This document shows, one piece after another, positions 9,676-16,475 of a stretch of DNA of 40,000 bases. Each line of letters starts with the position of its first letter. Position 1 is the first letter of the stretch. Source of the DNA: Herbaspirillum sp. AP02 (GTDB taxonomy: Bacteria > Pseudomonadota > Gammaproteobacteria > Burkholderiales > Burkholderiaceae_D). The stretch covers positions 353,249-393,248 of the forward strand of contig NZ_JADWMY010000003.1 in the NCBI RefSeq assembly GCF_015767275.1, in the 5' to 3' direction. The position numbers and the translations under genes were made by a program. The notes beneath the pieces were generated by a model. That model worked only from the letters and a program-made list of their open reading frames with translations. It did not search any database and was not told the origin of the DNA.

Positions 9676-10350
9676 ATGGAAGCCTTGTTGCAGAATTTCT
9701 TCAACCTGGAGGTCTATCGCCAGGTACTGCCCTTCCTGCTGGGTGGCCTGTGGACCACGGTCTGGCTGTCGCTGCTGGTGATTCCCATCGGCGTGCTCTC
9801 GGGCCTGCTGCTGGCCTTGCTGGCCACCCAGAGCCGTTCACGCGCGGTGCGCATTGCGGTGGCGGTGTATGTGGACTTCTTCCGTTCCTTCCCGCCGCTG
9901 GTGCTGCTGATCCTGATCTATTTCGGCACCCCTTTCCTGGGACTGGAACTGCCCAAGCTGGTGGCCGTGGCGCTGGGCTTCATGTTCAACAATTCCAGCT
10001 ATTTCGCCGAGGTGCTGCGCGCCGGTATTGAAAGCGTGCCCAGCGGCCAGATGGAAGCGGCGCGCTCCACCGGCCTGTCGCGCTGGCAGGCGCTGGCCTA
10101 TGTGGTGGTGCCGCAGGCGGCGCGCAATGCACTGCCTGATCTGGTGGGCAATTGCATTGAGGTCATCAAGCTGACTACCATCGCCAGCGTGGTGGCTCTG
10201 CCGGAATTGCTGCGGGTGGCACGCGACGCCCAGTCGCTGGTCTACAACCCCTCGCCCATCGTGCTGGCAGCGCTGCTCTACCTGATCCTGCTGCTGCCGC
10301 TGGTGCGCTGGCTGTCGCGGCTGGAACACCGGGGCCGCAGCCTGCACTGA
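9676..10350 (+). CDS. Amino-acid ABC transporter permease (second subunit)
   Basis: 224 aa, multi-TM. EAA loop SVPSGQMEAARSTGLSRWQALAYVVVPQAAR. Confidence 0.9.
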   Translation: MEALLQNFFNLEVYRQVLPFLLGGLWTTVWLSLLVIPIGVLSGLLLALLATQSRSRAVRIAVAVYVDFFRSFPPLVLLILIYFGTPFLGLELPKLVAVALGFMFNNSSYFAEVLRAGIESVPSGQMEAARSTGLSRWQALAYVVVPQAARNALPDLVGNCIEVIKLTTIASVVALPELLRVARDAQSLVYNPSPIVLAALLYLILLLPLVRWLSRLEHRGRSLH

Positions 10351-10390
10351 TTCCACTGCCTTTCCCTCCCTCTTTCTTCCCCGCTTAATA

Positions 10391-10416
10391 CGCCGGCCGC
10401 TTCAGGCCGGCGTTTT
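10391..10416 (+). terminator. Rho-independent terminator of the amino-acid ABC operon
   Basis: Perfect 8-bp GC stem cgccggcc (10391-10398) / ggccggcg (10405-10412), 6-nt loop gcttca, then TTTT (10413-10416). Confidence 0.8.
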
Positions 10417-10420
10417 CATT

Positions 10421-10730
10421 GTGCGCCCAGCATGGGCGTACTCCTGCGGGTGCAAGTCCCGCCATAAGCTGGTCACAGTGAATGAAGTGAAGCGCAACTG
10501 CATGAGGGCGACCGAATGTGGTAAGGAAGCGTGGAGCGTAAATCGCGAGCCGATGAACAAGAATCGCATAGAAGGCGCTACCGAGCAGTGCGAGCGTGCA
10601 ATGAAGCGCGAAGCTCTTGTGACCAAGGCGAGGCGGCGTAAATGCGGCGGTTCTGCGATGAAGGAGTGCGTTCTTACCTGGGGAGGCTGCGCCTCATGCC
10701 TGAAAGGGCGTGATCAATCTCCGACCATCC
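10421..10730 (+). ncRNA. Group IIC intron domains I-III
   Basis: GTGCGCCCAGCATGGGCG...GGGTGCAAGTCCCG opens the element. GATGAAGG is at 10657-10664 and TTCTTACCTGGGGAGG at 10671-10686. A hairpin gaggc-tgc-gcctc follows (10683-10695), then a 6-bp GAAA-tetraloop hairpin atgcct-gaaa-gggcgt (10696-10711). From memory these strings closely parallel the Oceanobacillus iheyensis IIC intron (GUGUGCCCGGCAUGGGUG..GGGUGAGAGUCCCG; GAUGAAGGG..UUCUUACCCGGGGAGG). Candidate EBS1 AAUGA (10600-10604) complements the last 5 exon nt UCAUU (10416-10420). Confidence 0.7.
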
Positions 10731-11137
10731 CATTTCATTCGCGTATAAAACGCGATCCAAAAACATTTCAGAAAATGCAAACCGTACCCCTAAGGCAGGT
10801 TTGATGTGGGCCGTGAAAAGATGGTTTTCATGAGACGCAACCTCCTGATTACGCGCGCGTTGATTGCCACGCCGAACATAAGTTTTGCTTGCTTGAAAAA
10901 TTTTGGGCAAGCAAGGCAAATAGGCTTTCGCCTGCCGAAAACCCTGCCACTATGGCGATATTCGAGCACCGTGGTGACCTCCTTTTTGAACTGCAGCGTA
11001 CGTCGTTTTCTTCCATGCTGAATGCTCAATCCACGGCTACTAGACGAGTCATACGTAGTGTGAAATGAAAAACCGTACAGTCATTTGGTATGGCTTTGCA
11101 TGCATCACAACAACACCTACTGAAGGACACTTAAAGC

Positions 11138-11833
11138 ATGGGCCTAGTCATCGTTCCCGCTTTTCTGATCGCACTCTTAATTCTTTTCGTGCTCATCATA
11201 TTGGCTCTGAGAGTGCCCAAGACGCGATGGGGGAAACTGTTTTCGCTTGCTGTCGTACTGTCCCCCGTGGTCTGGCTCACGTGGGACATTCCGTATGGTT
11301 ATGTCCGGTTCAAGATGGCTTGTTACGCCGATGCCGGCTTGAAGGTCTACGAAAAGGACCTTCCTCCCGCGAAGCGGATCAGGTTGGTGGATGGCTTACG
11401 CAGCGGAGTGCACGTGTTTGAAAACTACCCATCGATACAACAGATTGAGGCACGCGACGAGGAATTCGACTATGTCAGGCCAACTGCCTACGCAGTTTAC
11501 GAAAGGGGCGAGGACGGCAAGTTGATTTCAACCTCCATGGATAAGGTCGAGAGGGTTCGAGGTTCGTTGACGCTTATTGAATCTGCCCCCTCTAAAGCAG
11601 ATTACGTGGTCAGCCAGACGCGCGAGATTTTGCCTTATCGCTTACACAGAAATCACTACACATTAAGCAGAAAAAATCAGCAGCTTGTCGCTGAGACAGT
11701 TGCCTACACCTACAAAACTGGCGATTTCATCTGGGTTGGCGCTGAATGTGGGCCGCTTGGATCAAGCTATTACGAGCTAGATACTTTACTTTCTTTTGTC
11801 ACCCGCAGCGAGAAACCGGATTTGGCGGACTGA
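11138..11833 (+). CDS. Hypothetical membrane-anchored protein (two N-terminal TM helices plus a ~170-aa soluble domain); orphan
   Basis: 231-aa ORF and the only substantial sense ORF inside the intron. N-terminus VIVPAFLIALLILFVLIILAL and LFSLAVVLSPVVWLTW are hydrophobic helices. I see no RT motifs (no YxDD block) and recognise no family. Codon usage is AT-rich relative to its neighbours. The SD is weak. Confidence 0.5.
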   Translation: MGLVIVPAFLIALLILFVLIILALRVPKTRWGKLFSLAVVLSPVVWLTWDIPYGYVRFKMACYADAGLKVYEKDLPPAKRIRLVDGLRSGVHVFENYPSIQQIEARDEEFDYVRPTAYAVYERGEDGKLISTSMDKVERVRGSLTLIESAPSKADYVVSQTREILPYRLHRNHYTLSRKNQQLVAETVAYTYKTGDFIWVGAECGPLGSSYYELDTLLSFVTRSEKPDLAD

Positions 11834-11896
11834 GAATTAACTAACTCAGGGCTTGTATCGGCAGCAGCATACGCTCAGCCACCTCAACTATTCCAA

Positions 11897-11969
11897 CTGC
11901 CCGGTGCGGACCCGCATGCCGGGTGGTGTGGGAGGGGATCGGCCACTTACTGGCCGCCCCTATTCCGAT
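11897..11969 (+). ncRNA. Group IIC intron domain V (11897-11926) and domain VI (11930-11965) with the 3' end
   Basis: Domain V folds as follows. The 9-bp lower helix pairs 11897-11905 with 11918-11926 and includes the G-U wobble of the triad (UGC here, CGC in O. iheyensis). There is a 2-nt 3' bulge AU (11916-11917), a 3-bp upper helix GCG/CGC and a 4-nt loop GACC. This is the same length and geometry as the shortened class C domain V. It is followed by GGUGGUGUG as in O. iheyensis. Domain VI is a hairpin with loop CUUAC and a single bulged A at 11962 on the 3' strand, 7 nt before ..GAU (11969). Confidence 0.65.
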
Positions 11970-12152
11970 TCCGGCGCACCACACTGTGTCGTCGTCGCGA
12001 CAGGGGCCGCCACGGTGCAAAAGGCGCACCGGGCCGGCGCTACGTGCCTGTCTTTGGTGAGTTCCCAGCCCCGAAAAGCGCAGAAATCAGGCTTTCCAGC
12101 CTGGCACGCTGTTTGCATAAAACGAGCAAAACGGTTTTTATATAAACCATCA

Positions 12153-12167
12153 GTTCATATATGAAAC
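12153..12167. promoter_or_regulatory. Palindromic operator-like site GTTCATATATGAAAC (copy 1)
   Basis: The core TTCATATATGAA is a perfect 12-bp palindrome. A near-identical copy lies 83 bp downstream. Immediately adjacent is a 9-bp inverted repeat AAACAAAAT/ATTTTGTTT (12164-12186). Confidence 0.4.
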
Positions 12168-12202
12168 AAAATAAGTCATTTTGTTTTGAGATATCTGCTA
12201 TA

Positions 12203-12230
12203 TTGACTGCGAATATCTCCCATATATAAA
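12203..12230 (+). promoter_or_regulatory. Putative sigma70 promoter of the 18-gene operon
   Basis: TTGACT (12203-12208), a 16-nt spacer, then TATAAA (12225-12230). It lies between inverted repeats GAGATAT (12188-12194) and ATATCTC (12213-12219) and just upstream of palindrome copy 2. Called by eye only. Confidence 0.35.
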
Positions 12231-12235
12231 TTGCT

Positions 12236-12251
12236 GTTTCATATATGGAAC
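12236..12251. promoter_or_regulatory. Palindromic operator-like site GTTTCATATATGGAAC (copy 2)
   Basis: Same TTCATATATG core as copy 1. Positioned at or just after the predicted transcription start, as expected for a repressor site. The operon-internal IclR regulator is a candidate binder. Confidence 0.4.
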
Positions 12252-12347
12252 GTTTCGGTGCCCGGCAGGAGGCACCCGTCCGCAGAGACGGCAGCCGGGA
12301 AGAATAGCTGGGCGCAACAGCGCGCTATGGCAATCAGCAGAGGCAAC

Positions 12348-13133
12348 ATGATCGAAATCGAATTCCGCAAGGTCGGCAAAAGCTTTGTCGATCGCCAGAC
12401 GGCGCAAGCGCGCGCCGCTGTCACCAACGTCAACCTGTCCATCAAGAGTGGTGAGGTGGTCTCCATCATCGGCCCCTCGGGCTGCGGCAAGAGCACTCTG
12501 CTCAACATGGGGGCGGGGCTCTACCTGCCCACCGAAGGCGAAGTCTTCGTCAGCGGCGAGCGCGTGACCAAGCCGGTCCGCAAGGTGGCCTTCATGCTGC
12601 AGAAGGACCTGCTCATGCCCTGGCGCAATATCCGCGCCAACGTCACCCTGGGCCTGGAAATCGACGGCATGCGCGAGGCCGAGCGTCGGCGCATCGCCGA
12701 CGAGCTGCTGGCCAAGTGCCACCTCAAGGGCTTTGAAGAGCATTACCCGTACCAACTCTCCGGCGGCATGCGCCAGCGCGCCGCGCTGGCCCGCACGCTG
12801 GCGGTGGACCCGCAGGTGCTGCTGCTGGACGAACCGTTCTCGGCCCTGGATGCGCAGACCAAGATGGTGCTGCAGCAGGACCTGGCCAAGATGCTCTACG
12901 AAAAGAAGAAGACCGCGCTCTTCATCACCCACGATCTGGTGGAAGCCATCGCCCTGTCGGACCGCCTGCTGGTCATGAGCGAGCGTCCCGGCACCATCGT
13001 CGAGGAAATCGTGGTGGACCTGCCGTTCCGCGACAACCCGCTGGAGCGTCGCAAGCTGCCCGAGATCGGCCCCTTGCAAGGGCGCCTGATGGAACTGCTC
13101 AAGGTGGGCAAAGAGACCGCCGAGCTGCACTGA
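12348..13133 (+). CDS. ABC transporter ATP-binding protein (NitT/TauT, nitrate/sulfonate/bicarbonate-type family)
   Basis: Track ORF 12231..13133 starts at TTG. I prefer ATG 12348 (MIEIEFRKVGKSF, GAGG 4 nt upstream); ATG 12327 is an alternative. Walker A GPSGCGKST, signature LSGGMRQRAALAR, Walker B LLLDEPFSALD. Confidence 0.85.
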   Translation: MIEIEFRKVGKSFVDRQTAQARAAVTNVNLSIKSGEVVSIIGPSGCGKSTLLNMGAGLYLPTEGEVFVSGERVTKPVRKVAFMLQKDLLMPWRNIRANVTLGLEIDGMREAERRRIADELLAKCHLKGFEEHYPYQLSGGMRQRAALARTLAVDPQVLLLDEPFSALDAQTKMVLQQDLAKMLYEKKKTALFITHDLVEAIALSDRLLVMSERPGTIVEEIVVDLPFRDNPLERRKLPEIGPLQGRLMELLKVGKETAELH

Positions 13134-13188
13134 TTTCACGCTGCATCTTCACCCGTCAACAGAGAGACCCCAAGGGAGAGCCAGAAAC

Positions 13189-14184
13189 ATGAAGAACCTG
13201 TTCGCATCCGCCTGTAGTGCACTTGCCCTGGTCGCCGCCACGGGCGCCGCCGTCCTGCCCATGGCCGCGCATGCCGCGCCGGAAGAAGTGACCTACCTGC
13301 TGCCTGCACCACCCAACTCGCCGGCCTTCGCCCCCTGGGTGCTGGCCCAGCACAAGGGCTATTACGCCGATGAAAACCTGAAGGTCAGCTTCATCGTCGC
13401 CAAGGGCGGCGTGGACGTGGCCAAGCAGATCGGTGCCGGCAATGCCGTCATCGGTGGCGCCATCGGCGACACCCCCATCGTGGTGCGCGCCAACGGCATC
13501 CCGGTCAAGGCCATCGCCGTGCTGGGCGCCGGTTCGGTGACCATGGTGGCGGCCAATCCGGCCGACGGCATCAAGGGCCTGAAAGACCTCAAGGGCAAGA
13601 CCGTCACCGTGATGTCCTATACCGACACCACCTATTACGCCTTCCTGGGCAGCCTGAAGACGGCCGGCCTGTCCAAGACCGACGTGCAGATCCAGGCCGC
13701 CGGCCCCTCGGGCGTCTGGCAGTTGTACACCTCGGGCAAGTCGCAGGCCTTCGCTGGCGTGCCGGACTGGGTGGTCAATGCCACCGATGCCGGTGCCAAG
13801 GTGGAGCTGCTGGACAACGGCGGCTTCAAGAGCATGGCCCAGGCCATCCTGGCCTCCGACGACACCATCAAGAAGAACCCGGAGCTGCTGAAGCGCCTGG
13901 TGCGCGCCACCCTGCGCGGCATGCAGGACATCATGAAGGACCCCAAGGCCGCCGCCGATGACTACGTCGCCGCACTGCCCACCTACAAGGGCAAGGAAGC
14001 CAGCATCCAGGCCACCTTCGAGATGTACAACAAGTATGTCTACGCCAACCAGAAGACCCTGGGCCAGATCGATCAGGCGCGCATGGAAGCGGTGCAGAAG
14101 TTCTATGTCAGCGAAGGCATCGTCACCAAGGCCACGCCGGTCAACGAGCTCTTCACCAACCAGTTCGTCGGAGTCGCCAAGTAA
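13189..14184 (+). CDS. ABC transporter periplasmic substrate-binding protein (NMT1/THI5-like, SsuA/TauA-type)
   Basis: 331 aa. Signal peptide MKNLFASACSALALVAATGAAVLPMAAHA. Family assignment is from overall resemblance and operon context with NitT/TauT-type partners. Confidence 0.8.
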   Translation: MKNLFASACSALALVAATGAAVLPMAAHAAPEEVTYLLPAPPNSPAFAPWVLAQHKGYYADENLKVSFIVAKGGVDVAKQIGAGNAVIGGAIGDTPIVVRANGIPVKAIAVLGAGSVTMVAANPADGIKGLKDLKGKTVTVMSYTDTTYYAFLGSLKTAGLSKTDVQIQAAGPSGVWQLYTSGKSQAFAGVPDWVVNATDAGAKVELLDNGGFKSMAQAILASDDTIKKNPELLKRLVRATLRGMQDIMKDPKAAADDYVAALPTYKGKEASIQATFEMYNKYVYANQKTLGQIDQARMEAVQKFYVSEGIVTKATPVNELFTNQFVGVAK

Positions 14185-14186
14185 TC

Positions 14187-15056
14187 ATGAATACCACCAC
14201 AGCCAAAGACCTGACCATGTCCAGTCCCGAGCCAACGTCCTCGCCCAATCCGGTCAAGCCGACGGCACGCCGTCCGCTGTTGAACGACAAGGCCCGCACG
14301 GTATGCGGCAGCCTGGCGCTGCTGGTGGTGTTCATCGCCGCCTGGCAGTGGGGCCCGGGCATGCTGGGCATGCCCGAATACATCCTGCCCAACTTCATGC
14401 AGGTGGTGCGTGAAGCGGTGGTGATGTGGAATAACGCGCAACTGTTGCAGCACTTTGGCATCACCGCCATGGAAGTGGTGTTCGGCTTCCTCTTCGGCGC
14501 CTTGCTGGGACTGGCCGTCGGTGTCGCGCTGGGCCTCTCGCCGCGTGCCGAGGCCATGCTCTCGCCCTACATCCTGGCGCTGCAGATCGCGCCCAAGGTG
14601 GCCTTTGCACCCCTGTTCGTGATGTGGCTGGGCTACACCATCTATCCCAAGATCATCGTGGCGGTGCTGATCGTGTTCTTCCCGATCATGATCAACGTGC
14701 TCTCGGCCATCCGTACCGTCGATCCCGACATGGTCAACCTGGTGCGCACGCTCAATGCCGGCCGCTGGCAGATCTTCCACCTGGTCGAGTTCCGTTCGGC
14801 GCTGCCGGCGCTGTTCTCGGGCCTGCGCATCGCCTCCACGCTGTCGGTGATCGGCGTGACCGTGGGTGAACTGGTGGGGGGCAACCAGGGCCTGGGTTAT
14901 CTGCTGGTCGATGGTGAAGGGCAGGGCAATACCGCCGCCGTCTTCGTCTCCATCGTGGCACTGACCCTGATCGGCGTGGTCACCTACGGCGTGGTGGTCT
15001 GGGCCGAACGCAAGGTCCTGCACTACCTGCCCAAGGCCAATACCAGCACCGTCTGA
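14187..15056 (+). CDS. ABC transporter permease (NitT/TauT family)
   Basis: 289 aa, multi-TM. Starts 3 nt after the SBP stop. The family call rests on operon context with the NitT/TauT-type partners. Confidence 0.85.
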   Translation: MNTTTAKDLTMSSPEPTSSPNPVKPTARRPLLNDKARTVCGSLALLVVFIAAWQWGPGMLGMPEYILPNFMQVVREAVVMWNNAQLLQHFGITAMEVVFGFLFGALLGLAVGVALGLSPRAEAMLSPYILALQIAPKVAFAPLFVMWLGYTIYPKIIVAVLIVFFPIMINVLSAIRTVDPDMVNLVRTLNAGRWQIFHLVEFRSALPALFSGLRIASTLSVIGVTVGELVGGNQGLGYLLVDGEGQGNTAAVFVSIVALTLIGVVTYGVVVWAERKVLHYLPKANTSTV

Positions 15057-15092
15057 ATCCAGAGACTCAACCAGCGCAACAGGAGCAAGCAC

Positions 15093-15863
15093 ATGTCAGC
15101 AGCAAGCACGGCGACACTTTTGGCGGGACGACGCATTCTGGTCACTGGCGCGGCACGCGGCCTCGGCCTGGCGTTCGTGGATGCCATCGCTGCCGCCGGG
15201 GCCACGGTGGCCATGGCCGACATCCTGCAGGAAGAACTGGCGGCCTCGGTGGCCGCCCTGAAACAACGTGGCCTGCAGGTCGAGGGCTTTGCACTGGACC
15301 TGGCCGATCCGGCCGCGGTGAAGGCCTGCGCGGCGGCCGCCACGCAATGGCTGGGCGGCCTCGATGGCCTGGTCAACAACGCCGCCATCACCAACTCCGG
15401 CGGCAAGAGCAGCGAGCAGCTGGAAGTGGACATGTGGGACCGCGTCATGGATGTCAACGTGCGCGGCACCTGGCTGATGACCAATGCCTGCCTGCCGGCG
15501 CTGCGTGCCTCGGGGCGCGGCGCGGTGGTGAACCTGTCGTCCGATACCCCGTTGTGGGGCGCCCCCAATCTGCTGGCCTACGTGGCCAGCAAGAGCGCGG
15601 TGATCGGCATGACCCGTTCCCTGGCACGCGAGCTGGGCGCCGACAACATCACCGTCAATGCGGTGGCACCGGGCCTGACGCTGGTGGAAGCCACCCAGTA
15701 CGTACCGCAGGCGCGGCACCAGCACTACCTGGACGGCCGTGCCATCCGGCGCGACCAGTTGCCCGAGGATGTCTGCGGCGCGGTGGTGTTCGCGCTGTCG
15801 GAGATGGCGCGCTTCTTCACCGGTCAGGTGATGGCGGTCAACGGTGGCTTCGTGATGCATTGA
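15093..15863 (+). CDS. SDR-family oxidoreductase
   Basis: 256 aa. ILVTGAARGLGLA glycine motif, NNAA, and YVASKSAV (YxxxK catalytic motif). Confidence 0.85.
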   Translation: MSAASTATLLAGRRILVTGAARGLGLAFVDAIAAAGATVAMADILQEELAASVAALKQRGLQVEGFALDLADPAAVKACAAAATQWLGGLDGLVNNAAITNSGGKSSEQLEVDMWDRVMDVNVRGTWLMTNACLPALRASGRGAVVNLSSDTPLWGAPNLLAYVASKSAVIGMTRSLARELGADNITVNAVAPGLTLVEATQYVPQARHQHYLDGRAIRRDQLPEDVCGAVVFALSEMARFFTGQVMAVNGGFVMH

Positions 15864-15921
15864 AAACGTATTTCTTGCCAGATCAACCCGGATCATTCCG
15901 GACCCCTTCAAGGAGAAAAGC

Positions 15922-16458
15922 ATGACCGATATGTCCGAACAGGAAAACATGGGCCGCAGCTGGGATCGCCCCGCCGGCGCCAGCTTCGCCGACTGGATGG
16001 AGTCGCGCGTGGCGCGTCTGTCCACCCGCAAGTACGACTGGAACGCACTGAAGTTCCAGGCCGACTACGACCCCAAGTACCGTCGCGCCCAGATGCGCTA
16101 CATCGGCACCGGTGGCACGGGTGTGGCGCATGACGCCAACGTCATCCCCTCCGAGCATTTCACCTTCTCGACCATGATCATCCCGGCCGGCCACGAAGGC
16201 CCGTCGCACCTGCACGTGGACGTGGAAGAAGTGTTCTTCGTCCTGCGCGGCAAGCTCAAGCTGGTGCTGGAAAAGGATGGCGAGCGCTTCGAGACCATCC
16301 TCACCGACCGTGACGTGGTCTCGGTGCCGCCGGGCGTGTATCGCGAAGAGATCAACATCGGTGACGAAGACGCCCTGATGTGCGTGATGCTGGGCGCCAA
16401 GAAGCCCATCACCCCGACCTATCCGCCGGATCATCCGCTGACCGCCATCAAGCGCTGA
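15922..16458 (+). CDS. Cupin-domain protein
   Basis: 178 aa. The cupin metal-motif region GHEGPSHLHVDVEEVFFVLRGKL is followed by VSVPPGVYREEINIG. Confidence 0.65.
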   Translation: MTDMSEQENMGRSWDRPAGASFADWMESRVARLSTRKYDWNALKFQADYDPKYRRAQMRYIGTGGTGVAHDANVIPSEHFTFSTMIIPAGHEGPSHLHVDVEEVFFVLRGKLKLVLEKDGERFETILTDRDVVSVPPGVYREEINIGDEDALMCVMLGAKKPITPTYPPDHPLTAIKR

Positions 16459-16475
16459 TTGCAGAGATCGACACC

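Larger units (their letters stand above)
10421..11969 (+). mobile_element. Group IIC (bacterial class C) intron lacking an RT/maturase ORF, with a non-RT ORF in the domain IV position
   Basis: Starts GTGCG 4 nt after the terminator T-tract, the typical class C homing context. The 5' 310 nt and the 3' 73 nt carry group IIC ribozyme hallmarks (see the two ncRNA sub-features). The 3' end is inferred from a bulged A at 11962 followed by 7 nt ending in AU. The interior 10.73-11.89 kb is AT-rich and has no RT-like ORF. Confidence 0.65.

Noticed and set aside
10421-10804. 127-aa ORF starting with GTG exactly at the intron 5' end
   Set aside because: The GTG is the GUGCG of the intron. The stretch is structured ribozyme RNA (domains I-III), and the translation (MRPAWAYSCGCKSRHKL...) has no protein-like features.
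10730-11900. Searched the intron interior for a degraded RT/maturase (YADD-type block, X/maturase domain) in the listed frames
   Set aside because: I found nothing RT-like by eye. The YADA in the 231-aa ORF (ACYADAGLK) has no surrounding RT motif context. I cannot exclude short relics without an HMM search, so absence of RT is stated as an observation, not a proof.
11853-12164. 103-aa ORF (..CPVRTRMPGGVGGDRPLTGRPYSD..)
   Set aside because: It reads through domain V/VI of the intron and the downstream intergenic DNA. Peptide strings like this are a known artefact of translating group II intron 3' ends.
12231-12347. N-terminal extension of the ABC ATPase from the TTG at 12231 (MLFHIWNVSVPGRRHPSAETAAGKNSW...)
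   Set aside because: The extension overlaps the palindromic operator and promoter-like region, is not ATPase-like, and precedes a canonical MIEIEF..GPSGCGKST N-terminus with its own SD. I treat it as 5' leader.
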